Positions 38,215 to 51,693 of a stretch of DNA of 64,000 bases are shown here, piece after piece; the first letter of the stretch is position 1, and each line of letters opens with the position of its first letter. This DNA is from Chlorokybus atmophyticus (taxonomy: Eukaryota > Plantae > Mesostigma and Chlorokybus algae), in NCBI GenBank assembly GCA_009103225.1, contig RHPI01001292.1, positions 352,430 through 416,429 of the forward strand. The letters run 5' to 3'. Made by a program: the position numbers and the translations under genes. The notes under the pieces were generated by a model. It was given only the letters and a program-made list of their open reading frames with translations, did not search any database and was not told the origin of the DNA.

Positions 38215-40996
38215 CAACACTCGCTCACTTGTCCCTGTCCCTCAGCTCCGGCGGCCACTCCCAGAAGTTCTTCCCTCCCAACATGCGATCGATCGCCGTG
38301 AAGAGCCCCGCGTCCCAGGCCCACGCGTTGGCGGGGTCGGACTTCCACGCGTCGAAGTGGACGCGGAGGGCGGGGGGACCGGCGGGGGAGAGGAGACGGG
38401 AGGCGGCTTTGTGGAGCAAGGGGTCTGTGGGGGCATGTGGGTGGGTGCGCGTGTGCTTGTATATGTATATGCATGCGTGTGCGTGTATGCGTGCGTGCGT
38501 GCGTGCACGCGCTTGTGCTTTATTGCATGTAAGCGCGCGCGTGTGAGTGCGCCTGCGATTGTATGCATTGTGCACGTGCGCGTGCGCGTGTATGCATGTG
38601 CGCAAGTGCATGGGTGTGCACCCGCGCACATATGCGTATATGTGCGCGTGCAGGCGCGCATGGCTTGCTGGCACCTGAGACACACCCACGCACAGTTGCG
38701 CGTTCATGTGCGTGTTGAAGTACCTAGCACACACACCTTTTATGGCTGCGACAGCTGGGAAGTCAGCTCGGCCGGCGGGTAGCGGGTGTGGGCGGTCCGA
38801 CTCGTCGAGGAGGCCGTCACCGATGAGGGCGTCTATCGCCACAAGCAGCGTGTTCCCTGCGCAATTCGCCCTGCGTGTATTGTAGTAAACACATACACAC
38901 TCAACAATGGCAAGCCAGTCTCATGGTGCATGACTGCTAAGATGCACACTGTGTTGGTGCATCCGTGGCCTTGACGATGACGGAGACCGTGCGTGCGGGT
39001 TGTTGTTCTGTGTGAGTTGGTACACATAACAACGTGTCAAAGGCCCACAGTACCAGCGCTGGAATCAGAGCCGGAGTATGGTGACCAGTAGTCTGGACGG
39101 CTTGGTGTGGGTCTACCAGGCGGCACCAAGGGCAACACCTGCCAGCACGCACACCCGCATACGACCTTCATCACCTCAAGCATGTGCATCATGTCAAACC
39201 CCCAAACATTCTCTCAGCCTCACCTGCCATATGGTCATCCCCGCTTCCGCCATCCAGTCCACGAACCGGTACGCGTGGTACCCCATGTCCCCGCAGCCGG
39301 CGGGTCCCGGGAGGGACGTCGGGTGGAGCAGCACGCCCGCGCGACGCCTCCTCGCGGGTGAGGAGGAAGCCTCTGCATACGGCTGAGGCATGGCGTGACC
39401 GACGTGGGGATCGGAGGCCCAGACGGACTCGGGGGCAGTGATGAGTTGGTCCTCTGTTGCAAAGAGGAGGAGACGTAGTCACAACCCAACATTAACTTCA
39501 TACAACTCGCGCATCCACGCACCTGTCAGCGACAAGCGAGTGCGCACGCGCACACATGCACGCACATGCAGGTGCGTATGCATACGCACACGCATGTGCA
39601 CACATGTATGCACGCACACAGTCACAGGCACACGCGCGCACGCGCACGTGTGCACGCGTATGCGCACGGGCACATGCAAGCACAACCTACCTGTGATGGA
39701 GAGTGCCATGAGCGCTTTGAGGTCCGCTCTCACGCGCTCGAACTCGGCCGCCGCCTCCTGCTGGCTGCGAGGGGGCCTGCCCGCGGCCTCCCAGCGCTGG
39801 TAAGCCCACTTCTCGCACAGACGCAGCGACGGCTCCACTGATGATGAGGGTGATGATAAACTCTGCTGGCCGTCTCGCTTGGCACACCCTGCGCGCATGC
39901 GCACTGAGAGAGTGTGTGTGCACGCGTGACTGTGCATGTGTGCACGCGTGCGCGCACATGTGCACACGCACACACATGCGCACGCGTGTATGTGTGTGCT
40001 TGTGTGAGAGTGAGCAAGTGTTGTATTGCTTCATCATGAGGCAGTGGGACTCACCAATGCCAGCTGGCAGCGGTGGAGGCTGTGGTGGTGGTGGTGGCGT
40101 TGGTGCCGGCTCTGTTACGTAAAGAGGGATGGAAAAGGGCGTGCCGGGTATGCCGTCGCGGTTGTGCCACACGCCCGAGTCGCCCTCGCGCACGGCGAAC
40201 TGAAGCTGCGTCCTGGGCGCCACACGACCGAGAGGCAAGACAGTCTGCTGCACGCCATCATCCCCCTGTGTGGTGCAAGGTCAACGTAGCACACATTCAG
40301 ACGCCCAGGCTCGCATACGCATGTGCACGCACAAACACATAGGTACATTTGCACCTATGCATGTGCGTGTGCACTCGTATATACATACACGCACACGCAC
40401 ACGCGCACGCGCACGAATTTCCATTTCCACCCCACCCTGAGTAGTGTTTCGACGGCCTGCCCCGCGACATCCACCGACCCCGCGGGCCAGCAGTTGTTGG
40501 GCGGCTGCTCCCATCTGCTCCCATTTGCAAGCGCATTCACCAGTCCCCAGTGCAGCGCCAGTCGACCGCGGGCACCCTCAGAACACACGTGAACGTGGAC
40601 GCTACCGTCCGAAGACTCAAAGACAGAAACCTGGGTGAGATTGTTGTAGTTGTTGTTGTTGTTGACGTTGTTGTTGATGCTGATGAAGCGGCACTGACTC
40701 GATCTTACCTTGATGAGGCCTGAATTGTTTGGGAGGTTGAAGGTGTGGTTGGCTTTGGTTAGGGCAGAGAGGGTTGTAAGCGTGCGCTGCGTCCTCCTTC
40801 TCCTTCTTGAGGATGTGATGCTATGGCGTTTATATCGTAGTGGGTGGTTGTTGTGAAGTGGTTGCGATGCGGTGTTGTGAAACGCTTTGTTGCTGGGCCT
40901 CCGCCAGCTTGCTGCTGATGAAGCAGCCTGCTGTCGCTGATGAGGCAGCTGCCATGAGGGTGATGGTGGCAACCACCTCGCAGCCAGCGACCACAT
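36160..40996 (-). CDS. DPE1: Plastid 4-alpha-glucanotransferase (disproportionating enzyme DPE1, GH77) with N-terminal CBM45 and a GWD-like segment
   Basis: GH77 motifs RRAGVLLHPTSLPG, WQVLPLVPP, WSPYSG, GDAPIYVGGHSADVW, GVPPDAFSATGQRWGSPLY, catalytic RIDHFRG / AEDLG / YPGTHDNDT, RMNVPG..GNWAWR. Upstream exons splice in phase (0,1,1) and contain LHWG...WEQPP...WPAGS...AVET. Start ATG 40996 or slightly upstream. Confidence 0.93.
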
Positions 40997-42429
40997 GCGC
41001 TTGCTTGTGTTGAGAATGCAAATGTCTTGGAAAGCTTCAGTCTCAGGCTTTGTTGCAGCTTCTGTCTGCATGCAAAGGAGAAAGTCACGCCTGCCAGCTG
41101 GCACACAGTACACGCGTTGCACACGCAAATCTACCCAATGCAGCAGGGTTCGGATGAGTGTGTGCTACTGAGGCAGGGCATGCCCATGTCCTTGTCAATG
41201 TAGCAATGAACGACATGTCATTGCTAGCACGGTCACTTCGCACGAGGCAGGCAAGCCTGGCCTCTCTTTCCTCTTGCCGCCGCCGCCGCCGCCGCCGCCG
41301 TCGCCGTGTGCGTGTCACTGTCCAGCTTCCGCTCTAGGTCTGATAAGTTATGCATCAATGAAGTGACATTATTGGACGAATCTCGTATGATTGGCAATGG
41401 TGTAAGTAAGGGAGTTTTACCAAGCCAAGTTGGCTTTTTACTAACCCACTTCAAGCTGCAAAAGTCCCCAAGTGTTCATTTCGCATCAGCAATTTCAAGC
41501 ATGTTCAAGATGAAGTGTGGCTGTATAGATGCTTGGAAGTAGCTACATACATTGCAGCATCATATTCTTGTTAAGCAACAGATAATAAAAAAGATGCATT
41601 GCAATAAAATGAATACGCAACTGTACCTACATATCTGTGGCACTCAATTATCCAGCATGCGTCTGTCCCAACTTAGCCATATGCGTAAATTGCTTGCAAA
41701 GCCAAACGTTATGAATAAGTGGCAGCGTTGCGCGCGTGCATACATTCATGTGCGGCTGCGCTTAGCGATTTATCAATGATGTTCATCCAAGGAGGAACGC
41801 TTCTTCTTGATGTGACCGACGTGCAACACAATACTATTGTGTTGCATAATGTTCACTGTCACATTTATCGCAGCTGGTGTGATGCCTTGATTATTGCCAT
41901 CACCTATATTAGCTAAGTTTACTTTTGCAAGAAGCTGCCCGCAAAAGATGCATGTTATTACCCGTTGCAGTTGTCTGTTCAACATATGGTGTTTGTACAC
42001 AATCATGAGCACTCATGCTGCTTCAAACATCATGAATGCATCGTGCGACACGTTCATTCACGTGAACTTTGTAGCCAATATAGAAGGCCCCTGTTAAAGT
42101 ATATCTCCTCCCACTTATTTGTTCCTGTTATTAATGTAAAAAAGTAGTTTTGACATTGATAGTATTACAATAAATGCAAAGTCAGCAGTGTATGTACAAT
42201 GGATCGAATGGTTGTTTGATGACATAATGCTATTGAAAATCATGTAATTTGTTTGTTTTTATGTGACATAGATGCGTTTAACAACCAGCCACTAACAAGT
42301 GCATTAATAGCTTAAAAGCGGTTACAAGGAATTATTTACGTATATTATACCAGTACGCAATCAATACGTGTGACAGACAACTAAGATACTTACATGTAAT
42401 ATACCTCAAAACATACCACCTTAATATAG

Positions 42430-42729
<300 letters not shown>

Positions 42730-43617
42730 ATGTNACAAAAGATGCAATTGGCCCATTTTTAGTCAAGACGCATGACGCTCTTCATGTCACATGGGAACAG
42801 ATTGCAACACTGTACACGCTAATGGCATCACTAAATTCATACATATACACAACTACTATAGCTTGAAATCCATACTTACGAGTGCACCCAATGCAATCGT
42901 TCACACACAATGCATGTAACACAAATCTACATGTAACACAGAGTGAGTTAATACACGATGCGCATGTTGATGGTCATGCATGACCATTAACATATTTACA
43001 GATGTGTTCTGGCGTCAAGTCAAAGTTGAGCTAGCCCCTTGCAACCTTTGTATTTGCACTTAGTTCACTGGGATGCATCATCACGCTGTGTGTGATTTGA
43101 CACATGCTATGTGATTCTTTTTCGTGCACTTGCGGCTGCATGGTGTGCCCAGTTACTGTATCTTTGCATATGTTCAAATCATGACATTTACAAAGTTGCC
43201 ATGGCGTGACTAGATGCTAGTGCTCGACCTACACACATAATGTCCCTAATCCTACAGTAACGCAGGGTAAATGTGCACAAAGCAACGCGAAGCAATTTGG
43301 CATTATCAAAAAACGCAGTCAATTGTTGCACGTGCTTCAAAAGCTCCTTATCCTTGAAATGGCTCCTTGAAATCTACAACGCGTTTGTGAGTGACCGATT
43401 GCATCGACTGATAGAGAGATCCTGCTGTAAGCACTATACAGTCACTTGTGGTACCTGATGTAAGTTAAACAAACGCAAGGTTTTCGATGCCGGCAGTATG
43501 CTCACATGCTAATGAAATAGCTGATGCACTGTCAACCAGTGTAACGCAAAAATGCCGCTTTAATACACAGCCTGTAATCATGTTATGTGCGCAACTTGAT
43601 CGCACAGTGAAGTGCAG

Positions 43618-45524
43618 TTATGCTACGGCTGCTCGCGGCTTTGGAGTGACCTCCACAGGGCTGACATTGCGAACAAAAATGGCGTCAAGAGGGTGATCTC
43701 GCTCGCCCTGCTCATATGTGTAGCTGGATGCCACGGCAAGCAGCGTGCCGTTGCTGTTGAACGCGAGCGCAGCTATGCTCGTGGGATACCTGTATTGCGT
43801 GAACTCAGATCAGTAGTGCCGTGTGCTGTTTGAGGAGGGGGAATACGCGAGTTCAACGTGTGCATGTCAGTGTGTGTCTGTGGGTACGTATTTGCGGGGG
43901 GGCGGGGCATGTGTCCAAGGCACAGGTGCACATGCACGCACGCCGGCATGCTATTGTACCAGCATGTGTGCATGTGCCTTGGGCGAATGCATGCCTTGCA
44001 CGTGCTTTCTTTGCTTTACTGTGGGGCATACCTGCTATACTGGTAAAGGCGCTTTTTGTTGGCACCATCCCACACATTAATGAAGCCGTCGCAGCCGCCT
44101 GTGGCGAATGTCCCGCACGGATGAAACGCAATCGCGTTGACGGGAAACACAGTATCCCTCCCCGCTTTGGTCTGCCGATGGCACTTGAACGCGTACTTCT
44201 TTGCTTGGACCGCCTCGCCCAAGTCAAAGTACTCCATAGCCACACGCCCCTCGACAGATGCCAAAGCATAACCTAGAAGATGCGAATGAGTTGCAAACAT
44301 GTTGCGCACGTGCATGGATGCACAAGATCACCTGCTGTTGCCATTGTTGTATATGTAACAGATGGACCCAAAATGCACCATAAACATATGCATGTCAAGT
44401 GCACGCACATTTACCATGGCAAACTACTCTTACCTGTGTTGTCGGGGTAACACCGAATGCTGCGCGTTTGATATTTGAGTGAGGACTCGCGCTGCTGCTC
44501 CGGCACGGACATGTTGCGCAGATCATAGATGAGCACGTGTCTGCCAGCGGTTCCAACAACCAGACGCTCGGCCGACCGTGAGATGGTATACACCTGTCGT
44601 AGAATGTTGGAGAACAGGAAACATGATAAGAGTGCCAGTGCTGCTGCTGTTGGCAACAATTGGTGGGCCTTTTGTACCCGGTCGGGCAAAGCCACTGTTC
44701 CAATCAACGCCCTGTCGGCGGGTGAGCGAGGGTCCCATCGCTTGAGCGTGCGATCCCAGCTACCCGTCACAACCTCGCCTGAAAAAAGGAAGAGATTGAT
44801 TGTATAACACCGCTACTGTGTATTGCCGCACATGTGACTTTGATTGCTACTCGACAACTGCGCAAGCACCTGTGGCGGGGACATGCTCGACGCACTTGAT
44901 GGCTTCATCATGCCGGCCCAGAATGTCCTCAGTGCCAGAGATGATGTCATATCTGAGCGTTACATGCATGCTCATCAGCTGAACCAAGCACAACCAATGC
45001 ACACTTTGTAACATTAACAGTTGTTGCGTGCATGCGGACACAATTGCAAACCAACTCACACTTTCACAGCTCGATCAAGGCCTCCGCTGATGACGTGCGA
45101 AGACTCCACAAAGCAGGCGTCCAGCACCGGCCCACGGTGCTTGTAGATGGACCGAAGCACGCACAGCCCAGCGTCATACAACCTCACACTCTGTGTTTGA
45201 ATGACAATGTGGTTAACTTCCAAAAACAGGGGAATAAACAAACCAGCACAGAGACAAGTAAGACAGCAAGCGAGCAAGCAAGCAAAGGAGCAAGTGAACA
45301 GAGAAGCAAGGCAGCAGAAACGGAAGTATGTGGGTGAGCATGTAAGCAAGCTTGTGATCCAGCAAGCATTCGTGCAAATGAGGCTATGCACTCACGCAGT
45401 CCCAGGAGGTGGCGACGAGAAGGTCTGTGTCGGGGGCGAAGCGCAGCGAAGATATGCCGTCGCTGGGAGGTGGTCCAAGCTCCCGCCCCGCCGCCGCCGC
45501 CCCCGCCGCCTGCGGCTGCTGCAT
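43618..45524 (-). CDS. BUB3: Mitotic checkpoint WD40 protein BUB3
   Basis: [119 protein letters not shown]. Confidence 0.96.
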
Positions 45525-45550
45525 TCTCTGCCCTCCACTTTAAGGCGGGG

Positions 45551-45558
45551 AAACCCTA
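45551..45558 (+). promoter_or_regulatory. Telo-box in the BUB3/CYP65 bidirectional promoter
   Basis: AAACCCTA, 27 bp upstream of the BUB3 ATG. Confidence 0.45.
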
Positions 45559-45927
45559 TTCAGCTACTTGTCATCGCCGTCGTTGTCGCCGTCGACGTTG
45601 ACGGTGCTGTCGACGTTGCTTCTTGCTGAGGAGAAGCTTCAGGCTTTAAGCTTTATTCAACCTGGTGGGCTACCCCAAAGGGGTGGAGCGTGTCGCTGTC
45701 TGTTTTGCTCTGAGAGGGAAACATGCTCCCTGTGTGAAGCCGCTGCTGTGTGTGTTGAGGCATAATCAGTACTTTTCAGCTTGTAGCAAGCCACACTGTT
45801 TTAAGTGTTAGCTAGAAGGACCTGCAGACTGTGCTTTTAGCCTGTCTCCAAGTGTGTGAAGCGTTTCCTTGAGGTGAGAGCGAATAAGCAATTGCGTAAG
45901 TGAGGGCAAGGTAGCAGAGTAGACAGG

Positions 45928-48900
45928 ATGGGGAAGAAGCAGCACAGCAAGGACCGCATGTACATCACGAAGACGGAATGGGCGACGGAGTGGGGCGGCC
46001 ACAAGAACAAAGCGCGCCTGCCCTTTCAGCGCCTCCCATTCTACTGCTGCGCGTATGTGTCCTGCCATAACTCGTTGTGTTATACATCTCTTAGCTATGG
46101 GGTAGTAGCTGAAAGACCATCACAATAACTTTGCTTACAACGCAGGCTCTCTTTCACACCGTTCGAGGACGCTGTGTGTACCGCCGACGGCACCGTGTTT
46201 GAGATCCTGTAAGCAGTTGGACTTCAATTTTGTTGTTGTCCTACTGTTACAGTGTGTGCTTTGGGGAACTGGCAGTAAGCAATCCTTGTTCATCTTGTCT
46301 GTGTGCGTGTTTGTTGAACTACTGTTACAGAATGTGCTCGGGGACTTGCAGTATGTGCTTATTGTTCATCTTGTCTGTGTGCGTTTGTTATGAAGGAACA
46401 TTGTGCCATACATACAGAAGTTTAAGAAGCACCCTGTCACTGGCGCACCGCTCAAAGTTCAAGACCTCATTAAGCTGAACTTCCACAAGAATTCAGATGG
46501 TGAGTGTTGGGTTATTGCCCCTCTTCTCACTCGGTTATGACAAAACTTTCGCTAAATCTCTGCATTTATGGTTTATTGCAGGGGAGTACCACTGCCCAGT
46601 GCTTCACAAAGTGTTCACTGAGTTCACGCACATCGTGGCGGTGCGCACCACGGGCAATGTGTACTGCTACGAGGCAATCCAGCAGCTCTGTCTCAAGACC
46701 AAAAACTTCAAGGATCTCCTCACAGACGAGCCGTTCATCAAGGCCGACATTATCACACTGCAGGTGTGCACACGTGCGATGGTGCGAGTGTTTGTGTGCA
46801 CACTTGTGTGCGTGCATGTGATGTCATGACCAAGTGTGCATATCTCCCTTCTCACAGTTATAAATTTCTCCACACAGGATCCCAATAATCTGGAAACACG
46901 AGTGATCTCCAAGTTTGATCATGTGGAGAAGGGCCTTGAGGTTGAAGATGAAGGTGAGGCCGTGGTAACATGGCTCTGCGAAGCGTGTGTAGTTGTCAGT
47001 GGCTTGTTGTTACACCATGTTACCAATTTGCTGTGCAGAGGCTGAGAAGCTGCGCAATGATCCCGCTTACAACATACGCACGAGTGAAGACATGAAGCGC
47101 GTGATACAAGCACTCGGGACACAAGATGTGCGCATGTGTCCTCATACACAGTTCACACGTACTGCCTTTATGTGTGCTTGACTTGCTTTTCGTGACGTCA
47201 TCCACCCGCAGGCAGCAGCTATTGCAGCGCATGGAGGTGGTGGCAAAGCGGCCGAGGCTGAGAGGAGAGCGGCGTTGGCGCTGGCGGAGGAGAGGACGCG
47301 CCGGGCCACCGAGGGTGAGGAAGCCGAGCCCGCGCCCAAGCCTATTCCTCAGAGCATTACTGACATTGCTGCCGCCACCGCTGGGCGAGGCCAACAGGAT
47401 AAAATCAGAGCCATGTCGAATGAGAAGGTGAGATGGCGTGCATTCGAGCATGCGCACATGTGCACGTTTATATCTGGGTGTGTGCGTGCGTGCATGTATC
47501 AATGGGTGCGCATGTGCATGTGCATACGTGTGCCTGTATGCGCGATATGCAGGTGCATGCGAGTGCGCAGGCATGTTGATGTGTGCTTTATTATGTCATT
47601 GACATAACTACTATTCCTCTACACAGGCTGCGGCACGGTTAGCTGCTGCTGCGGTGGACCAGGCAGCGGCTGCGCAGGCTGCGGCAGCAGCAGCCAGTGC
47701 AAGCAAGACGGTGAAACAGCGGTACACTACCGGTGCAGTGTCTCGTTCATTCACATCCACGGCCTGTGATGTGGCCACGCAAAACAACCTTGCCGAGCTC
47801 AAGGTTTGCCAATGCTGAGGTGTTATTATAAACTACCCTTGAGAGAGTTTGCTAACGCTGTTTCCTGGTGGCGTTGACGCACTCAGGTTGAGAAAACCCC
47901 CACAAAGAAGGGCTATGTGCGATTGCACACCACGCATGGCGACATCAACGTTGAGCTGCATTGTGACATTGTAAGTGTTGTTGGATTTGTTAGGTGTTTG
48001 CTGTGCTGGATACGAACGTTTTGGACCCATGCCTTTGCATATAGGTACCTCGCACATGTGAGAACTTCCTGACCTTATGCGAGGCCGGCTACTATGATGG
48101 TGTTGTCTTTCACCGCAGCATCAAGAACTTCATGGTTAGTTCTTGCATGCCCTAGCGATGCCGCACACAGCTGGCCTAGCAGGTATCTGTGTTGGACCAA
48201 CAATTTGCGTACAGATACAAGGAGGCGATCCAACGGGCACGGGCACAGGGGGCGAGTCGATGTGGAAGCGGGTTGGTCTTTCACTGCAGGCTGATAGTTG
48301 TGTCACACCCCGAGGCTGTTAACATAGTCTTATGAGTTCTTCATTGTGTTGCAGCCTTTCAAGGATGAGTTGAATTCCAAGTTGACGCATTCAGGGCGAG
48401 GCGTGTTGAGCATGGCCAACTCAGGGCCGCATTCAAATGGCTCGCAATTGTGCGTAGCTTTTCTTTTGCAGCGTCATCATGCTGATCTACATCACACAGT
48501 GTTTCTTATCTCTGTTTACTGTGCATACAGCTTCATCCTCTACAAGTCTGCAAAGCATCTGGACTACAAGCACACGGTGTTTGGGCGTGTCGTGGGTCAA
48601 ATGGACACTCTGTCCACGATGGAGAAAGTACCTGTGGACAAGAATGACAAGCCTTCAGTACGTAGATGGCTTCATCATTATGGTGCACCTTCCATGCATA
48701 GTGATGACCTTGTTGTATGGCTCACTCTGTCATGCAGGAGGAGATAAAGATTGAGAGTGTCACGGTGTTTGTCAACCCGTATACAGAAGAGGAGGAAGCA
48801 GAGGAGCCCGCTACTACGGCTGCCCCTGCATCAGATGCCGCTGATGTATGCACAAGACTTGTGAAGCTCTTTTGTAATACATGGCATTATGACGCATATT

Positions 48901-49215
48901 CTACTGACGTCATTGTGTTGGTTGCAGGAGGAGAGGGGCCAGTGGTACAGCAACCCTGCTCCTGCCCACAATGTGCAGCCCGTGCGTGCAGGCATAGGTG
49001 GGTGAATGTCCTTTCCATCGTGTTGTATGTGACTTTTCTTTGATGAGTGAATAGTCTATAATAGTCTCCTTACTGTGCTGTGTGCAGGCAAATACATAGG
49101 ATCCACCACGTCACAGGCGTCTGCCTCTAGGCCTAGTGCAGATGAGGGTGCACCAGCAGCTAAGAAAGCCAAAACAACACCTGCTAAAACAGCGTGGAAC
49201 TTCTCTAGTTGGTAA
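45928..49215 (+). CDS. PPIL2: U-box/RING-like plus cyclophilin peptidyl-prolyl isomerase (PPIL2/CYP65/PUB49 type)
   Basis: [16 protein letters not shown]...[38 protein letters not shown], cyclophilin core [13 protein letters not shown]...[46 protein letters not shown]. Ends ...WNFSSW*. Confidence 0.95.
46241..46394. repeat. Degenerate ~78-bp tandem duplication inside a PPIL2 intron
   Basis: CTACTGTTACAG...TTGTTCATCTTGTCTGTGTGCGT recurs at 46241 and 46319. Confidence 0.8.
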
Positions 49216-51693
49216 CCATGTACTGCAACGTGTACATAGTCAGGTATTTAGCATAAGCAGTGTGGCTCTTACATCGTGCAGGTTTTGCTGCGCGCAAGCT
49301 AGCCATATTCTCACAACCATTTTCCCATTGTTGCCTTGAGCACTCTCCCAGCATTGGTGGTCTATGTGGTCTTCCATTATTTTCCATGCCCAGTTGGCAT
49401 GTGCAACGCAACATTCTGCCTCGCCTTGACTTTCTTGGGGCGCAATGGACCAGCACGAGCGCATACTACCTGCACCTCGCCGATGCATTGCACATGGGCA
49501 ATAGTGCTAGTTAGTGAAGTGAGTAGCCCGGTGGTTGGATGTGTACGGGGTGCTACATCATTCATGCTGGCGCAAGCAATGTTGTGTGTGCGTGTATGGG
49601 CATGGCTGCATATCAATTGCCTGAACGCTGGGTCTTTGTGTGATAGAGGGAGGTTGAATATGCCTACATGGTGTGGCTGTTGTGTTGCACTTTGCATGCC
49701 GCCTATGACATGCATGTGCCAACCCTGTTACTCTTTATACACATGCTTGGCTGAGAGAGTTGAAATAGAAACACAAAGCTACATCCCCGGCAAGTGGTTT
49801 TGCTGAGCACTTTGCCTTGGTGATGTAGTGGCTTCGGAATTTATCTCATTTCAAGGAAAAGAGCCACAGGGTTGCAATATGCAAGCCATTACATCAATGG
49901 CATTTAACTAGGCGCATATTATGTTATGATGTGGCTCTACTAACTTGAGTATGGATAAATTGCTCCAAAGTGTGGCTCTTCAAGGAGGTAAATTCAGTTT
50001 GTTTCCATTTTCAAGCCAACAAGCAAAAATTAGCCAGTAATTGGAACACGGCCCCCGCCGTACATCTATGCTTGTTATCTGCTGCCTTGCTTGCTTGCTG
50101 CCATGTTTGAATGATAGTGTTGAGTTGATAAAGTTGCATGTACTACCATACCTTATATACATGCTTAATGATAGACTAGTAAAGCCTGTTGAAGGGATGC
50201 TACTGGCACAGCTTTTCGTAATCTTGAACACATGTTCAACTGCATGTGTGCATTGGGTTTTGCAGTGTCGCATCATCAACATGCAAATTGCGGACGTACC
50301 TTGGCATGTCTTGACCTGCAACACCATCATAGCTAATGTTGTTCCTATTTTGTGTTTGTGTCCTTTACCCCTGTCGTGATTTTGGGCTTATTTATAGCCT
50401 AAATGCAAAGCAATAATGGATAGCAAGCAATGCAGACCACTGTTTGTGACAACCACAGCTAAGGTAGGGGCAATGCAAGACTATGTGCAATAATATAGTC
50501 TAATTGTATAATGTATGGCATTTGCATGCAATGGACAACGAACAACTACCACATACATCTCTGTATGCAAATGGTGCTGAGGGACTGAGGTAGCAGTAGG
50601 CAGCAGGCATGCAGTAGACTACTAGCACCCAATTAATCTCTAGCAACAACGCTGGAGGTTGAACTCAAGTCCTCCCGCAGCAGCAAGCAGGCAGGCAAGC
50701 AAAGTAGCAGCAATGGGGCGAAGGGCGAAGGGTGCGGTGCTGTATGGTTGCGACTATGTTGTTATTGATCGTATAAGGCATATTTACATGTTTTCCGTCA
50801 GGTACTATAGCAATGTCTTCGAAGATATTTTGGCCTGCATGTATTTTACAAGTATGCGATATGCTGGTTGACTTAACAGAATTAAATAACAGTTATTACA
50901 AGTAAACGTAGTTAAAAACGTGGTAATATTCGGTTGTAGTCCAATTTGATTTGCATGCAATAGACGTACTGGAGTAACTCGTACGTTACAACTGAGAAAG
51001 TACCTTGAAAGGCTTAAGTTGTGGTGTTACTGAAATATTTTGGACATTAACAACACCAACATTAGTGCAATCCAATTTGTGATGTTACTTGCAAAAGATT
51101 GAATTGAAACAATTGTAATGTTGAGTGTGCGTTGTAACGTATGTGTCAATACGGTAATCTTGGCCAGACTTTACAACCATTCCACCGTGCAATGCTTGTA
51201 AAGTGCACGGCTTTGACCTACCAGGTACACAGCAGCACAAAAACGTTATACAAGTACATCAAGTTGAAGAGAACATGGCCTCGATGTGATTGTTATTCAT
51301 GTCTAAATCCTCACAGGCGGCCTGTCACTGAACTTGTCAAGTCCCTGAAGTCGGCGAATTGTCAGTTGCAGGCTATAGTCACGCGTGAGGACCACTGCAT
51401 TCCAATGCCAATTGTCCCTAATGCAAGACGCGCGGTATGCAGACAAATTCAAACGCATGCTGCTCCGGTGATCGCCGCGGCCGCCGGCGCTGCCGCCTCC
51501 TCTTCCTCCGTGGCGGCATAGCTGGCCTGGTCGCCGTGCTCGACGGCCCCATCTCTCCATGTCCCGCTGCTCTGGCTTCCAATGAGCAGCTCATGGCGGC
51601 GGAGGCAACCGAAGCAGGACCCGGATGAGTTGAAGGTGAACGAGGTGTTGGTGAAGGAGGTGGAGGAGCAGGTGGAGGAGGAGCAGGAGCACA

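Noticed and set aside
28625-40996. Bacterial contamination or one transferred operon (lpxC, lyase, malQ-like)
   Set aside because: All three genes have many spliceosomal introns and eukaryotic targeting peptides. LpxC and DPE1 match plant-type sequences with long-standing presence in the lineage.
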